Shown in pieces: positions 9,521 through 19,482 of a stretch of DNA of 64,000 nucleotides (positions within the stretch are counted from its first letter, which is position 1; each line of letters starts with the position of its first letter). Both the position numbers and the translations under genes were made by a program. The notes under the pieces were generated by a model. That model saw only the letters and a list, made by a program, of their open reading frames with translations, ran no database searches and was not told the origin of the DNA. Origin of the DNA: Candidatus Limnocylindrales bacterium (GTDB lineage Bacteria; Chloroflexota; Limnocylindria; Limnocylindrales; CSP1-4); assembly GCA_036278755.1 (NCBI GenBank), contig DASUKL010000066.1, positions 625-64,624 of the forward strand, read 5' to 3'.

Positions 9521-10378
9521 CTACGCGAGCGCGGTGGGGTCGGCCAGCAGCGGCTCCACGGCGGCGCGCATGACCGACTCCATGCCGGCGTGGCCCGTCC
9601 ACCGTTCGAAGGCCGCGGCGGCCTGGGCGATGAGCATCTCCTCCCCGTTGGCCGCCTTGAGCCCGTGATCACGGGCAGCCGTGACGAACGGCGTCTCCCG
9701 AGGCACATAGACCAGGTCGAAGACGCTCGTGTCGGGGCCGAAGGCCTCGGGAGGCAGCACCATCCCCGAGTCGATCATGCCCACCGTCGTGGCGTTGACC
9801 ACGAGATCCGCCTGCCGCAGGGCCTGGGCCAGCGCGGCAACGTCCAGGAGTGCGGCTCCGAGGTCACAGTCAGCACTCGGTCCCAGGTCAGCGATCAAGC
9901 CGGCAGCCTGACGCAGGGAACGTGCGGCCACGACGACACGGGCCGCTTGGGCGTCGATACAGGCGCGCACGACCGCTCTCGCTGCTCCTCCGGCCCCGGC
10001 CACGACGACCGTCGACGACCGGAACTTGACCCCCAAGGTGGTCTCGACGGCCGCTCGGAACCCGGTGGCGTCGGTATTGAAGCCGATCAATCGGCCGTCG
10101 TCGCTCCGAACGACGCTGTTGACTGCGCCGATGCTGGCCGCGGCGGGCTCGACCGAGTCGAGCAACCCCACGACAAGCTGCTTGTATGGCGCGGTGATCT
10201 GGAAGCCCAGCCAGTCGGGACCGTACGTCTGGGCCACGAATCCCGGCACCGCTTCCGCCTCGAGATCGTGGAGCTCATAGCGGGCGTCGATCCCGGCAGC
10301 CTCGAACGCTGCGTCGTGCATGACCTGTGAGTGGCGTCGGCGCAGCGGGTGACCGATGAGCGCGACGCGCGCGGTCAT
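9521..10378 (-). CDS. aroE: shikimate dehydrogenase
   Basis: Substrate domain and an NAD(P) Rossmann fold (VVAGAGGAARA). Start ATG at 10376-10378 overlaps the upstream LLM stop (ATGA). Confidence 0.8.
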   Translation of the reverse strand: MTARVALIGHPLRRRHSQVMHDAAFEAAGIDARYELHDLEAEAVPGFVAQTYGPDWLGFQITAPYKQLVVGLLDSVEPAAASIGAVNSVVRSDDGRLIGFNTDATGFRAAVETTLGVKFRSSTVVVAGAGGAARAVVRACIDAQAARVVVAARSLRQAAGLIADLGPSADCDLGAALLDVAALAQALRQADLVVNATTVGMIDSGMVLPPEAFGPDTSVFDLVYVPRETPFVTAARDHGLKAANGEEMLIAQAAAAFERWTGHAGMESVMRAAVEPLLADPTALA

Positions 10379-11421
10379 CCGATCGGCGCTCCGACCTCGC
10401 GCCGGATCCGGCCCGCATCGGCAGGGAATCGCAGGGCCGGCACGATCCGCTCGGCCCACCATGTCAGCTGCTCGGGATCGGGCGTCATCGTGTGCAGCAT
10501 GAAGTAGCTCACGCCGGCGTCGATCCGCGCCTGTAGGGAGGTGACGATCTCATCGGGCGTCCCGAACAGGTACACCGTCTCGAGGTACGCGGGCCCCCGC
10601 TCGGCGCTCATGACCCGCAGGAACGCCTCATGCTGCTCCTGGCGGGCCTTCTCGGGGTCGTCGGACAGGACCAGATGCAGGAAGTTCTCGTGCGCCACGA
10701 CGTACTGGCTCGGATCGCGCCCGTGGGCCCGCAGGTACTCCTGGAGCTCCGCCCAGTCTCGTGCGATCTCGTCGGGTGGGCAGGTCGGCCGGGGGATCCA
10801 GCCATCGGTCCGCAGGACGCGTGCCTTGACCGACTCCACGAAACGGGGCAGGTCGGGTGACTTGGGGTCGGCCAGCTGTGACCCGCCCCCGATCCAGACT
10901 TCCGGGCGACGACTGCTGCGGGGCTCGATGGTCACCCCCTCGACCTTATAGAACTCGCCTTCGTAGGTGACTTCCTTGCCCTCGAGCAAGGGGATGATGA
11001 TGTCGAGGATCTCGTCCGTCCGCCGACCCCGCTCCGACTTGTGGACGCCGACTGCCTCGTACTCCGGCGGGTACCAGCCGACCCCGGCACCGAGCACGAC
11101 ACGGTCCTCGGAGAGGAACTGCAGCGTGGCCAGCTGCTTCGCCAGGAGGACGGGGTTGCGCAGGGGCAGGATCATGATCGAGGTGCCGAGGCGGACGCGC
11201 TCGGTCACCCCGGCGGCGATGGCGAGCGTGACCAATGGCTCCAGCCAGGAGACGGAGTAGAACCGTTTCGCGGCCAACAGATGATCCGTGATGAAGAGCG
11301 AGTCGAACCCGAGGTCTTCCACCTTCCGGGCGAAGGCCTTGATGCCCCGCGCGCGGTCCGTTCCGTCGCCGGCCCAGATGTACGAGGGCAGGAAGACGCC
11401 GAATCGCCCGATGTCCGTCAT
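10375..11421 (-). CDS. LLM-class (luciferase-like) F420/flavin-dependent oxidoreductase
   Basis: 348 aa with a luciferase-like monooxygenase TIM-barrel pattern. Confidence 0.8.
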   Translation of the reverse strand: MTDIGRFGVFLPSYIWAGDGTDRARGIKAFARKVEDLGFDSLFITDHLLAAKRFYSVSWLEPLVTLAIAAGVTERVRLGTSIMILPLRNPVLLAKQLATLQFLSEDRVVLGAGVGWYPPEYEAVGVHKSERGRRTDEILDIIIPLLEGKEVTYEGEFYKVEGVTIEPRSSRRPEVWIGGGSQLADPKSPDLPRFVESVKARVLRTDGWIPRPTCPPDEIARDWAELQEYLRAHGRDPSQYVVAHENFLHLVLSDDPEKARQEQHEAFLRVMSAERGPAYLETVYLFGTPDEIVTSLQARIDAGVSYFMLHTMTPDPEQLTWWAERIVPALRFPADAGRIRREVGAPIG

Positions 11422-11451
11422 GTCGTCACGCTCCTTATCGCTCGCTCCGAT

Positions 11452-12228
11452 CTACCCATCCCGGAAGGTGGGGGGCCGCTTCTCGAAGAATGCGCGGCGC
11501 CCTTCCTGGACATCGTCGGTGTCGAATAGCAGCGCCGACGCGTCGAGCTCGTCGGCCAGGCCAGCATCGAGATCGCGGTCGAGCGCCGTGTCGAGGAGAC
11601 GCTTGGCAGCTCGGACCGCCACGGGCCCTCGCGTGGCGATCTGGGAGGCGAGCTCTCGGGCAGCGGCCAGCGCCGTGCCCTTGGGCACGGCCCGCTGCAC
11701 CAACCCGATGCGCTGCGCTTCCGCCGTATCGACCAGGCGGCCCGTCAGGATAAGGTCCTTGGCATGGGCCAGCCCGACGATGCGCGGGAGGCGTTGCGTC
11801 CCACCGCTGCCGGGGATCACGCCGAGACCGACCTCGGGCATGCCCAGACGGATGTGCTCGCTTGCCACCCGCAGATCGCAACACAGCGCCAGCTCCAGGC
11901 CTCCACCCAGGGCGTCGCCCTGCAAGGCGGCCACGGTGGGCACGGCGAGGTTCGCCAGCTGGCGATAGACGTATTTCTCCAGCAACAGCTTGCCTTCGGC
12001 GACCTGCCCGGCAAGGCGTTCGAACTCGTGGATGTCCGAGCCTGCACAGAACGCCCGATCGCCCGTCCCGCTCACGATGACCACGCGCACGCCGTTCGCG
12101 GCGGCCACCTCGGTCAGCGCCGCGTGGAGCTGACGTGTCATCTCGAGCGTGATGAGGTTGAGCGGCGGGGCCTCGAGGACGAGCTCCGATACGGTGCCCA
12201 GGTCGAGTCGGACGTAGCGCTCGCTCAT
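11452..12228 (-). CDS. enoyl-CoA hydratase/isomerase (crotonase family)
   Basis: Crotonase motifs (FCAGSDI, GGGLELAL). Confidence 0.85.
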   Translation of the reverse strand: MSERYVRLDLGTVSELVLEAPPLNLITLEMTRQLHAALTEVAAANGVRVVIVSGTGDRAFCAGSDIHEFERLAGQVAEGKLLLEKYVYRQLANLAVPTVAALQGDALGGGLELALCCDLRVASEHIRLGMPEVGLGVIPGSGGTQRLPRIVGLAHAKDLILTGRLVDTAEAQRIGLVQRAVPKGTALAAARELASQIATRGPVAVRAAKRLLDTALDRDLDAGLADELDASALLFDTDDVQEGRRAFFEKRPPTFRDG

Positions 12229-13775
12229 GCGGACTCGGGGGGTGGCCCCATGGGGCCGTCGCGAAACACGCGAGGGTCCATACGGGCCAGCGGTTCGGCG
12301 ACCCGGACCGGAAATCCGACCTGGTCCAGGACCTCGCGCTGGACGTCGATGCCGTCGGCGACCTCGATGAGCTCGAGCCCGGATCCCCCCAGCGAGAACA
12401 CCGCCCGCTCGGTGATGTACCTCACCTCCTGCCCCCGCTCACGAGCGAGCTGTGCGTTGAAGCTCACCTCCCGGACCTGCGGCACGAACTTCTTCAGCCG
12501 GCCCTCCTTGACGATCCGGATGGCCCCGCCGCCGATGTCGAGCTCCAGTCCCTGGGTCGTGAGCGTCCCGACGAAGTTGATCCGCGGCGTCCGGGCACTG
12601 ATGTTCGGGAACCCACCGGCCCCGCGGATCCGGCCTTCGAAGGCATGGACGTTGACGTTACCGACGGCATCGACCTCGGCGAAGGAGAGGCTCGTGATGT
12701 CCAGGCCGCCACCGTCGTAGAAGTCGAACATGTACGGCTGATCGATCATGGCCTGGTAGTTGAAACCGGTACCGCCCTCGTTCCCCGCCACCGGTACCCC
12801 GCCGAAGATCCCCTGCTCCACGGTGAGCACCAGCTGATCATCCATCCCCTCCTCCCAGGCGACCTGACCGATCAGCTGGCTGATGCCGAAGCCGAGGTTG
12901 CAGATCGCCCCGTTCGGGAATCCGAGGAAGGAGCGGCGTGCGATCACCTTGCGCACGTCGAGGGGCAGCGCCGCCTGGGTGCCGCGCGGCCGCCGCATCC
13001 GCCCGGCGTAGTAGGGCGAGTCCAGGGTCAGATACGTCTGGGACTGGGCGGCGTCGACATAGACATAGTCGACCAGGGCGCCGGGGACACGCACTTGGCG
13101 CATCGGCAGGCTGCCGCGTCCGGCGAGCTCGCGCACCTGGGCGATGACGATGCCGCCGGAATTCCGGGCCGCCATGGCCATGGACAGCATCTCTCCCTGG
13201 ATCGCTTCGCCTTCCAGGGAGAGGTTCCCCTCCTCATCAGCCGTCGTGCCACGGATCACGGCTACGTCGATCGGGAACGCGTGGAAAAGCAGCCACTCCT
13301 TGCCCCGCAGCGTGACGACCTCCACGAGGTCCTCGATCGTACGGGCATTCTGCTTACCGCCGGTGTGGCGAGGGTCGACGTAAGTCCCCAGACCGACGGC
13401 CGTGACGAGGCCGGGCCGCCCAGCCGCGATCTCGCGGCAGAGCTGCGACAGCACTCCCTGCGGGAACGAGTAGGCCTCCAGCTCCCCTGCCTCGACGAGC
13501 GCGCCGAGGCGGGGCTCATTCCCGATGTTGCTGCCGATGGTCCGGCGCATCAGACCCGGGAGAGCCAGTTGGGAGAAGCCCCGATCGGCGAAGTCGCCGA
13601 TCCCGACGACCCGCACGGTGGTCAGATCCCGCGGGTGGGCCTCGCTCGTGTAGACGTCCGCGAGCTCATCGATGAACCGCTGGGGCACGCCGTGCCCGGC
13701 CCCCGAACCCGAGATCAAGACCGTGGCGCCATCGCGGACGAGATGGACGGCCTCCCGGACATCGATCACCTGCAT
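12225..13775 (-). CDS. acyl-CoA:acetate/3-ketoacid CoA-transferase (YdiF-like, fused alpha/beta)
   Basis: 516 aa with CoA-transferase family I signatures; 4-nt overlap with the downstream gene. Confidence 0.75.
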   Translation of the reverse strand: MQVIDVREAVHLVRDGATVLISGSGAGHGVPQRFIDELADVYTSEAHPRDLTTVRVVGIGDFADRGFSQLALPGLMRRTIGSNIGNEPRLGALVEAGELEAYSFPQGVLSQLCREIAAGRPGLVTAVGLGTYVDPRHTGGKQNARTIEDLVEVVTLRGKEWLLFHAFPIDVAVIRGTTADEEGNLSLEGEAIQGEMLSMAMAARNSGGIVIAQVRELAGRGSLPMRQVRVPGALVDYVYVDAAQSQTYLTLDSPYYAGRMRRPRGTQAALPLDVRKVIARRSFLGFPNGAICNLGFGISQLIGQVAWEEGMDDQLVLTVEQGIFGGVPVAGNEGGTGFNYQAMIDQPYMFDFYDGGGLDITSLSFAEVDAVGNVNVHAFEGRIRGAGGFPNISARTPRINFVGTLTTQGLELDIGGGAIRIVKEGRLKKFVPQVREVSFNAQLARERGQEVRYITERAVFSLGGSGLELIEVADGIDVQREVLDQVGFPVRVAEPLARMDPRVFRDGPMGPPPESA

Positions 13776-13821
13776 GGCGTGATCACCAGGTCCTCTCGGC
13801 GGCGGCCGGCGATGCGCCTGC

Positions 13822-14577
13822 TCATGGCATGTACCCGCCGCCGTTGGGGTTCAGCGTCTGGCCGAGGAACAGGCTGGCCGCGTCGCTCAGCAGGAACACG
13901 ATGGCCTCAGCGACCTCCTCGGGTTCCGCGAAGCGTCCCAGGGGCAGTTCGGCACGTCGCTTCTGTCCGACCTTGCCACCCATCGAGAGGTGCCCGAGGT
14001 CGGTGTTGGTCACGCCAGGGGAGACGGCGTTGACGCGGATGCCCCGCGGTCCGAACTCGCGAGCCAGGGACTTGGTCAGGGCCAGGACGCCCCCCTTGGC
14101 AGCGGCATAGTGAGCCAGGCCTGGCCATCCGATCTGGCCGATCCGAGAAGCGACCATCACGATGGCGCCGGAGCCGCGCTCGACCATGCCAGGCAGCACG
14201 GCTTGCGAGCAATGGAACGGGCCCCACAGGTCCGCACGCAAGACGCGTTCCCAGCTCGCCTCCTCGATGTCCAGGAAGTCCTCGTACGGCATGATGCCGG
14301 CGTTGTTGACGAGACCGTCGATGCGCCCGAACCGCTCGATGATGTCGCCGACCATCGCCTGGACCTGGGCTCGCTGGCCGACGTCGGCCGTGAAGGGTTC
14401 GCTCTTGCGCCCCAGGGCCCGGACCTGGTCGACCACCTCGCAGACCCGGTCCTCTTCGGCGAGATGGTTGACCGCCACATCCGCCCCGGCCCTCGCGGCC
14501 GCGATCGCTGTCGCGGCCCCGATGCCCCGGCATCCGCCGGTGACGAGGACCACTCGACCCTCGAGCGCCAGGGTCAC
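13822..14577 (-). CDS. SDR oxidoreductase (FabG-like)
   Basis: TGGxRGIG, NNAG and YxxxK motifs. Confidence 0.85.
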   Translation of the reverse strand: MTLALEGRVVLVTGGCRGIGAATAIAAARAGADVAVNHLAEEDRVCEVVDQVRALGRKSEPFTADVGQRAQVQAMVGDIIERFGRIDGLVNNAGIMPYEDFLDIEEASWERVLRADLWGPFHCSQAVLPGMVERGSGAIVMVASRIGQIGWPGLAHYAAAKGGVLALTKSLAREFGPRGIRVNAVSPGVTNTDLGHLSMGGKVGQKRRAELPLGRFAEPEEVAEAIVFLLSDAASLFLGQTLNPNGGGYMP

Positions 14578-15512
14578 GACAGCAATCCCGCGGCGACGAG
14601 TCCGGCCCGGATACGGCCTTCCTCTTCCTTACCGACACCTCGCAGTGGCGGGCGCATGACCGTCGAAGCGATCACGCCTTGCAGGGCCAAAGCCACCTTG
14701 GTCCGGGCACGGTAGTCCCGCACCGGCGACGCGTAGATGGCCTCTTCGAGGGGCAGGATGCACTCCCAGATCGCACCGGCCTCGGCCCAGGCACCACGCT
14801 TGGAGAGTTCGATCATCCGCACCTGCATCGCGGTCGCGACGGTGCCGAAGCCGATGAGTGCTCCTTCGGCACCCAGGACGAGCGATTCGAACACGAAGTT
14901 GTCATTGCCGGTCAAGAGGCTGATCGGCCTGTCGAGGCGTTCGACCATCCGCCGCGTCGCCGCGAACAGCCGAGCATCGAACGACGCCTCCTTCAGAGCG
15001 ACGACGCTCTCGATGGCCGCGATGCGGGCCAACGTCTCCTCATCGAAGATGACGCCGCCGAGGGCCGGTTGGAGCTGGAAGGCCACCAGCGGCAGGGGCA
15101 CGGCCTGGGCGATCGCCTCGTGGTACGAGACGGGCACGGCCGGATCGAGTGGTTGTCCCTGATAGGCGGGGATGGGGAAGACGAGCAGGCCGGACGCTCC
15201 GGCCTGCTCTGCGCGCTTGGCTTCTTCGATGGCTTGTTCCGTGAACGTGCCGGAGAGTCCGGCGATGACGGGCACCGACCCCGCGGCAGCGACAGCCGCC
15301 CGGAGAACGCGTTCTCGCTCGTCCGGCCAAAGATGTGGACCCTCGCCGGTGTCGGCGTTGATGGCGAGGGCGACGGGGCCCTGAGGGAGAAGCCAGTCGA
15401 GGTAGCCGCGGTAGGCCACCTCGTCGAATCGCCCGTCGGCATCAAAGGTCGTGATGCAGGCCGGGATGATGCCCGCAAGATCGAGCTTCATCGTCCGCTC
15501 ATTGGTAGTCAT
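14574..15512 (-). CDS. dihydrodipicolinate synthase/N-acetylneuraminate lyase-family aldolase
   Basis: DapA-family TIM-barrel pattern; an alternative start is the ATG at 15491. Confidence 0.75.
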   Translation of the reverse strand: MTTNERTMKLDLAGIIPACITTFDADGRFDEVAYRGYLDWLLPQGPVALAINADTGEGPHLWPDERERVLRAAVAAAGSVPVIAGLSGTFTEQAIEEAKRAEQAGASGLLVFPIPAYQGQPLDPAVPVSYHEAIAQAVPLPLVAFQLQPALGGVIFDEETLARIAAIESVVALKEASFDARLFAATRRMVERLDRPISLLTGNDNFVFESLVLGAEGALIGFGTVATAMQVRMIELSKRGAWAEAGAIWECILPLEEAIYASPVRDYRARTKVALALQGVIASTVMRPPLRGVGKEEEGRIRAGLVAAGLLS

Positions 15513-16542
15513 TGGTGAAGAACTCGTTGGGGTCCAGCGTCTTGGTGATGATCGATGCTCCAGCTAGCAGCTTCTGGGTGGCATCCCACTTGGCGGCATC
15601 CTGAGCAAGGAACTGATCGCCTGAGTACGCCCAGACCCCGTCCAGCATCTTCTGCTGGACATCCGGCTTGTCCTTCGTCTCCGGGACTGCAGCGTAGAGG
15701 GCCTGCAGCGCCGCGTCGGGATCGGCCTTCGCGGCCTGCAGTCCCTTCTCGACACCCTGGACGAAGCACTTCACCTGGTCAGGGTGGCCGGAGATGTACG
15801 AGTCGTTCGACGCGATGGCGAGGCCATAGATGTCTTGCCCATAGTCCTTGAACGGGATGTCATTGAGGTCCTTGTCGGGATCCGGATCGATGTTCACGAT
15901 CTCGTTGGCGAAGAAGGTGATGAAGTCGACCTGACCCGTCTTGAGCTGGGCGATCCCAGGGCTCGGCACGGTCACTTCGTGGTAGTCGCTCGCGCTGATC
16001 CCTTTTGCCTGGAAGAGTGCCTTCAACAGGAGGTACGGCGATCCTCCTGGCACCGCCCCGAACGTCTTGCCCTTGACATCCTGGAGCGTCGTGATCCCCT
16101 CCTTCTTCAGGGAGACGATCGAGCCTGGGTTGGTCTGATACAAGACGCCTAGAGACTTGACCCCGATGCCCTTCGTGCGAGCAGCGGCGATCGACACGGC
16201 GTCAGTGAGGCCGAATTCCTGAGACCCGTTGCCGACCAGCTGGGCCGTGTCACCCGAGCCCTGGCCGGCGTGCAGTGAAACGTCCAAGCCGCAGGACGAC
16301 CAGTAGCCCTTCTCCTTGGCGAGGTAGAAGGGCGCATGGTTCCCGGCGATGACCCAGTTGAGCCTGAAGTTGACCGGCGTCAGGGAAGCCGGCGACGCTG
16401 TCTGCGCACTGGACGAGCTGGCCGATGCGCTGGCACTCGACGCCGGCGACGATGGCGATGAGGACGCCGCGGAGCCTCCACAGGCGCTGGCCACGAAGAC
16501 GGCGGCCGCCAAGATGGCCCCGGTGCGCGTTCGCACTCCCAT
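15499..16542 (-). CDS. ABC transporter substrate-binding lipoprotein (NMT1/THI5, SsuA/TauA-like)
   Basis: Signal peptide with a lipobox Cys (VFVASACGG). Start at the ATG 6 nt after GAGGAGG; the ORF-track start at 16560 covers the RBS. Confidence 0.8.
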   Translation of the reverse strand: MGVRTRTGAILAAAVFVASACGGSAASSSPSSPASSASASASSSSAQTASPASLTPVNFRLNWVIAGNHAPFYLAKEKGYWSSCGLDVSLHAGQGSGDTAQLVGNGSQEFGLTDAVSIAAARTKGIGVKSLGVLYQTNPGSIVSLKKEGITTLQDVKGKTFGAVPGGSPYLLLKALFQAKGISASDYHEVTVPSPGIAQLKTGQVDFITFFANEIVNIDPDPDKDLNDIPFKDYGQDIYGLAIASNDSYISGHPDQVKCFVQGVEKGLQAAKADPDAALQALYAAVPETKDKPDVQQKMLDGVWAYSGDQFLAQDAAKWDATQKLLAGASIITKTLDPNEFFTNDYQ

Positions 16543-16668
16543 GTCACTACCTCCTCTCAAGGTCGCCTGATCGCACCGAGATCGATGCGATCCCAGAACA
16601 TTGAAACCCTTTTCACCTCGCTGAGCCTCCTTCGACTTCCCGTACCGGATGGACTAGCTGGGTTCGGA

Positions 16669-17520
16669 CTAGCCCCCCAGCACGACCGAGTCGCCGCCCT
16701 GGTGCCACGGCAGCAGGAGGCGCTCGGCGAACTCTACGATGATGAACGACACGACCCCCAAACCTATGAGCAGGAACAGGGAGGCGAACAGCAAGGTGGA
16801 GTCGAGCAGGGTATTCGCATAGACAAGGAGATACCCGAGCCCGCTATCGGCACCGACCCACTCGCCCACCACCGCGCCGACGACTGCGAGGGTGATGCCG
16901 ATCTTCAGACCGCTGAAGATCTGCGGCAGCGCATGGGGAATACGGATCCTCAGGAAGATCTGCAAGGGACTCGCGTGCACCGATCGCAAGAGGTCGAGCA
17001 GGCTGGGGTCGACCGATGCGAGGCCTTCGGCTGCTGTGACGGTGACTGGGAAGAACACCATCAGGGCAGTGACCGCGATCTTCGGCCCGAGTTCGAACCC
17101 AAGCCAAAGGACAAGCAAGGGAGCGATCGCGATCTTCGGTACGGCCTGCGAGGCGATGATCAGTGGGTAAAGCGTATCGCGTATCAGCCGCGAGTAGGCG
17201 ATCGGGACAGCCAGCGCGAAGCCCAAGACGACGCCGATGACGAAGCCGATCACGACTTCACTCATCGTCACCAGCAAGGAGTGCCAGAGGATGGACCAGG
17301 ACTGGATGATCCTCGCGAAGATCGCCGTGGGCGCCGGCAGGATGTACTCCGGGACGCTTCCCAGCTCGGAGACGAACTCCCACAGGACGAGAACGACGAT
17401 GATGAACGCCACAGGCAGGAAAGCGCGGGTCACCCTGCCACCCAACGAACCGCTGTCGAGTCCGGGATCCGTGGTTGCCGCCGTCCTCGCACGCAACACG
17501 TTGGTCGAACGTTCGGTCAC
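16669..17520 (-). CDS. ABC transporter permease (SsuC/TauC-like)
   Basis: BPD_transp_1-type membrane protein. Confidence 0.85.
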   Translation of the reverse strand: MTERSTNVLRARTAATTDPGLDSGSLGGRVTRAFLPVAFIIVVLVLWEFVSELGSVPEYILPAPTAIFARIIQSWSILWHSLLVTMSEVVIGFVIGVVLGFALAVPIAYSRLIRDTLYPLIIASQAVPKIAIAPLLVLWLGFELGPKIAVTALMVFFPVTVTAAEGLASVDPSLLDLLRSVHASPLQIFLRIRIPHALPQIFSGLKIGITLAVVGAVVGEWVGADSGLGYLLVYANTLLDSTLLFASLFLLIGLGVVSFIIVEFAERLLLPWHQGGDSVVLGG

Positions 17521-18320
17521 GAGGGCCCCGCCTCGATGTAGCTTCGCAGCTTCGCTTCATAGCGAAGGAATTCGGGGCTGACTCGAACGTCGCCCCGCCT
17601 CGGCCTCGGCAGGTCGATAGCGACCTCAGCGACGATCCTCCCAGGTCGTGCCGAGAGGACCACGACGCGGTCGGAGAGCAGGACCGCCTCGGGGATCGAG
17701 TGGGTCACGAAGACGACCGTCCGTGTGCCGTCCAGGATGCCGAGGAGCTCATCCCCCATGCGGTCGCGGTTGATCGCATCCAAGGCCGCAAACGGCTCAT
17801 CCATGAGCAGGATGGAAGGGCCCAGAGCGAGGGCCCGCGCCAGCGCGACGCGTTGCTTCATCCCGCCGGAGAGCTGCGATGGGTAGTAGTCCTCGAAGCC
17901 GGCAAGGCCGACCTTCTGCAGCAGAGCGATCGCCTTCTCGCGCTGGTCCCGTTGGCCAGTGATATCCAGCAGCAGCATCGCGTTGTCCAGGACCCGCTTC
18001 CAAGGCAATAGGGTCGGATCCTGGAAGACGAAACCGAATTTCCGTTGGCGGAGTGCCTGATCCACGGTAGCGCCGTCGATGGTCAGATCTCCGGCCGTGC
18101 GCGGGACGAGACCTCCGATGATCTTCAACAACGTCGTCTTGCCGCATCCGGACGGGCCTAAGAGAGAGACGAACTCGCCCCGATCGATCTGGAGGTCGAC
18201 CGACGACAGCGCCTCTTGGGTCCCGTGCCTGGCCCGGTAGCGCTTCGCCACACCGGACAGCTCGATCTGGTGCTGCCCCGTCGTGGTCGGTTCGGTGGAA
18301 ACCGCAGGCGCCACCATCAT
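17517..18320 (-). CDS. ABC transporter ATP-binding protein (SsuB/TauB-like)
   Basis: Walker A GPSGCGKTT and LSGGMKQR signature; overlaps its neighbours. Confidence 0.85.
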   Translation of the reverse strand: MMVAPAVSTEPTTTGQHQIELSGVAKRYRARHGTQEALSSVDLQIDRGEFVSLLGPSGCGKTTLLKIIGGLVPRTAGDLTIDGATVDQALRQRKFGFVFQDPTLLPWKRVLDNAMLLLDITGQRDQREKAIALLQKVGLAGFEDYYPSQLSGGMKQRVALARALALGPSILLMDEPFAALDAINRDRMGDELLGILDGTRTVVFVTHSIPEAVLLSDRVVVLSARPGRIVAEVAIDLPRPRRGDVRVSPEFLRYEAKLRSYIEAGPS

Positions 18321-19387
18321 CGTGCGCCCGCCATGACAGTGGCTCGAGGACGCCGCGCCGTTCGGCGCACAGGGTTGGCGGGCCCCACGGAGCCGCGCTC
18401 GATGACCTCGAGGTCCAGAAGCTGTCGGCGCGGTCGAGAGCCCGCAAGCAGCCGGGCCGCATATTCGAAGCCGCCGGATCCCATGTCCCGCAAGGGCAAG
18501 CGCACCGTCGTCAAGCCCGGAACGATCTCACCCGCCTGGCGGATATCGTCGAAACCCGTGACCGAGATCCCATCGGGCACCCGCACGCCGAGCTGATCGA
18601 GTCGGGCCATGGCGCCGATCGCCAGGAGGTCATTGGCGCATGCGACCGCCGTGAAGGAAGTGTCGAGGCTTAGGAGCTTGTCGACGCCTTTGGCACCACC
18701 ATCGCTATTGAAGGCCGTCTCGATGACCAGTCGGGGCTCGAACGGCAACCCCGCCGCAGCAAGCCCAGCTCGGTACCCAGCTAGCCGCTCTCGAGTCACG
18801 AACAGACGCGTTGGGCCGGATAGGTATGCGACCTTGCGATGCCCTGCATCGACAAGCGTCTTGACGATCGAGGCCATGCCCGCGGAGTTGTCCACCCCGA
18901 CCTCAGCTGCGCCGAACGCGTGTGGCGACAGATGGACCACCGCACCGCCATAGGCGCGAATCCCTTCAGTGTGCCGACCGATCGCGCGACTCAATCCAGG
19001 GTCGTCGATCCCACTGCCAGCGAAGATCACCACCGCCGCACGGATCGACCTCAGCAAGCGAACGTAGGACTCCTCCCGCTCAGCGACTCGATCCGAGCTA
19101 CAGGTGATGACCAGATAGCCCTCCGAGGATGCAGCGTCCTCGATACCGCGTACCACCTCGTTGAAATAGGGATCGGTGATGTCGTGGACGATGACCCCGA
19201 CGACCGGCACGTGGCTCTTGAGCAGTCCCCTGGCGAGGGCGTTCGGGACGAAGTCGAGAGCCCGTGCAGCCTCCAGGACCCTCGCGCGCGTCGCGTCCCC
19301 GACCGGCTGGGGCCGGGTGGACAGCACGCGGGAGACCGTGGCCGGCGAGACGCCGGCGAGTTTGGCCACGTCGACGATCGAGGCCAA
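18317..19387 (-). CDS. LacI-family transcriptional regulator
   Basis: N-terminal HTH (MASIVDVAKLAGVSPATVSRVL) and a periplasmic-binding-like core. Confidence 0.85.
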   Translation of the reverse strand: MASIVDVAKLAGVSPATVSRVLSTRPQPVGDATRARVLEAARALDFVPNALARGLLKSHVPVVGVIVHDITDPYFNEVVRGIEDAASSEGYLVITCSSDRVAEREESYVRLLRSIRAAVVIFAGSGIDDPGLSRAIGRHTEGIRAYGGAVVHLSPHAFGAAEVGVDNSAGMASIVKTLVDAGHRKVAYLSGPTRLFVTRERLAGYRAGLAAAGLPFEPRLVIETAFNSDGGAKGVDKLLSLDTSFTAVACANDLLAIGAMARLDQLGVRVPDGISVTGFDDIRQAGEIVPGLTTVRLPLRDMGSGGFEYAARLLAGSRPRRQLLDLEVIERGSVGPANPVRRTARRPRATVMAGAR

Positions 19388-19482
19388 TCTGCCACTCCTG
19401 AAAAGGTTTCCAGTCGTGCTAGGCTAGCCACTCGAGGCAGAGGCGTCAAGGGCCGAAGGAGCCTGGTCGAGCGGGAGCGCTG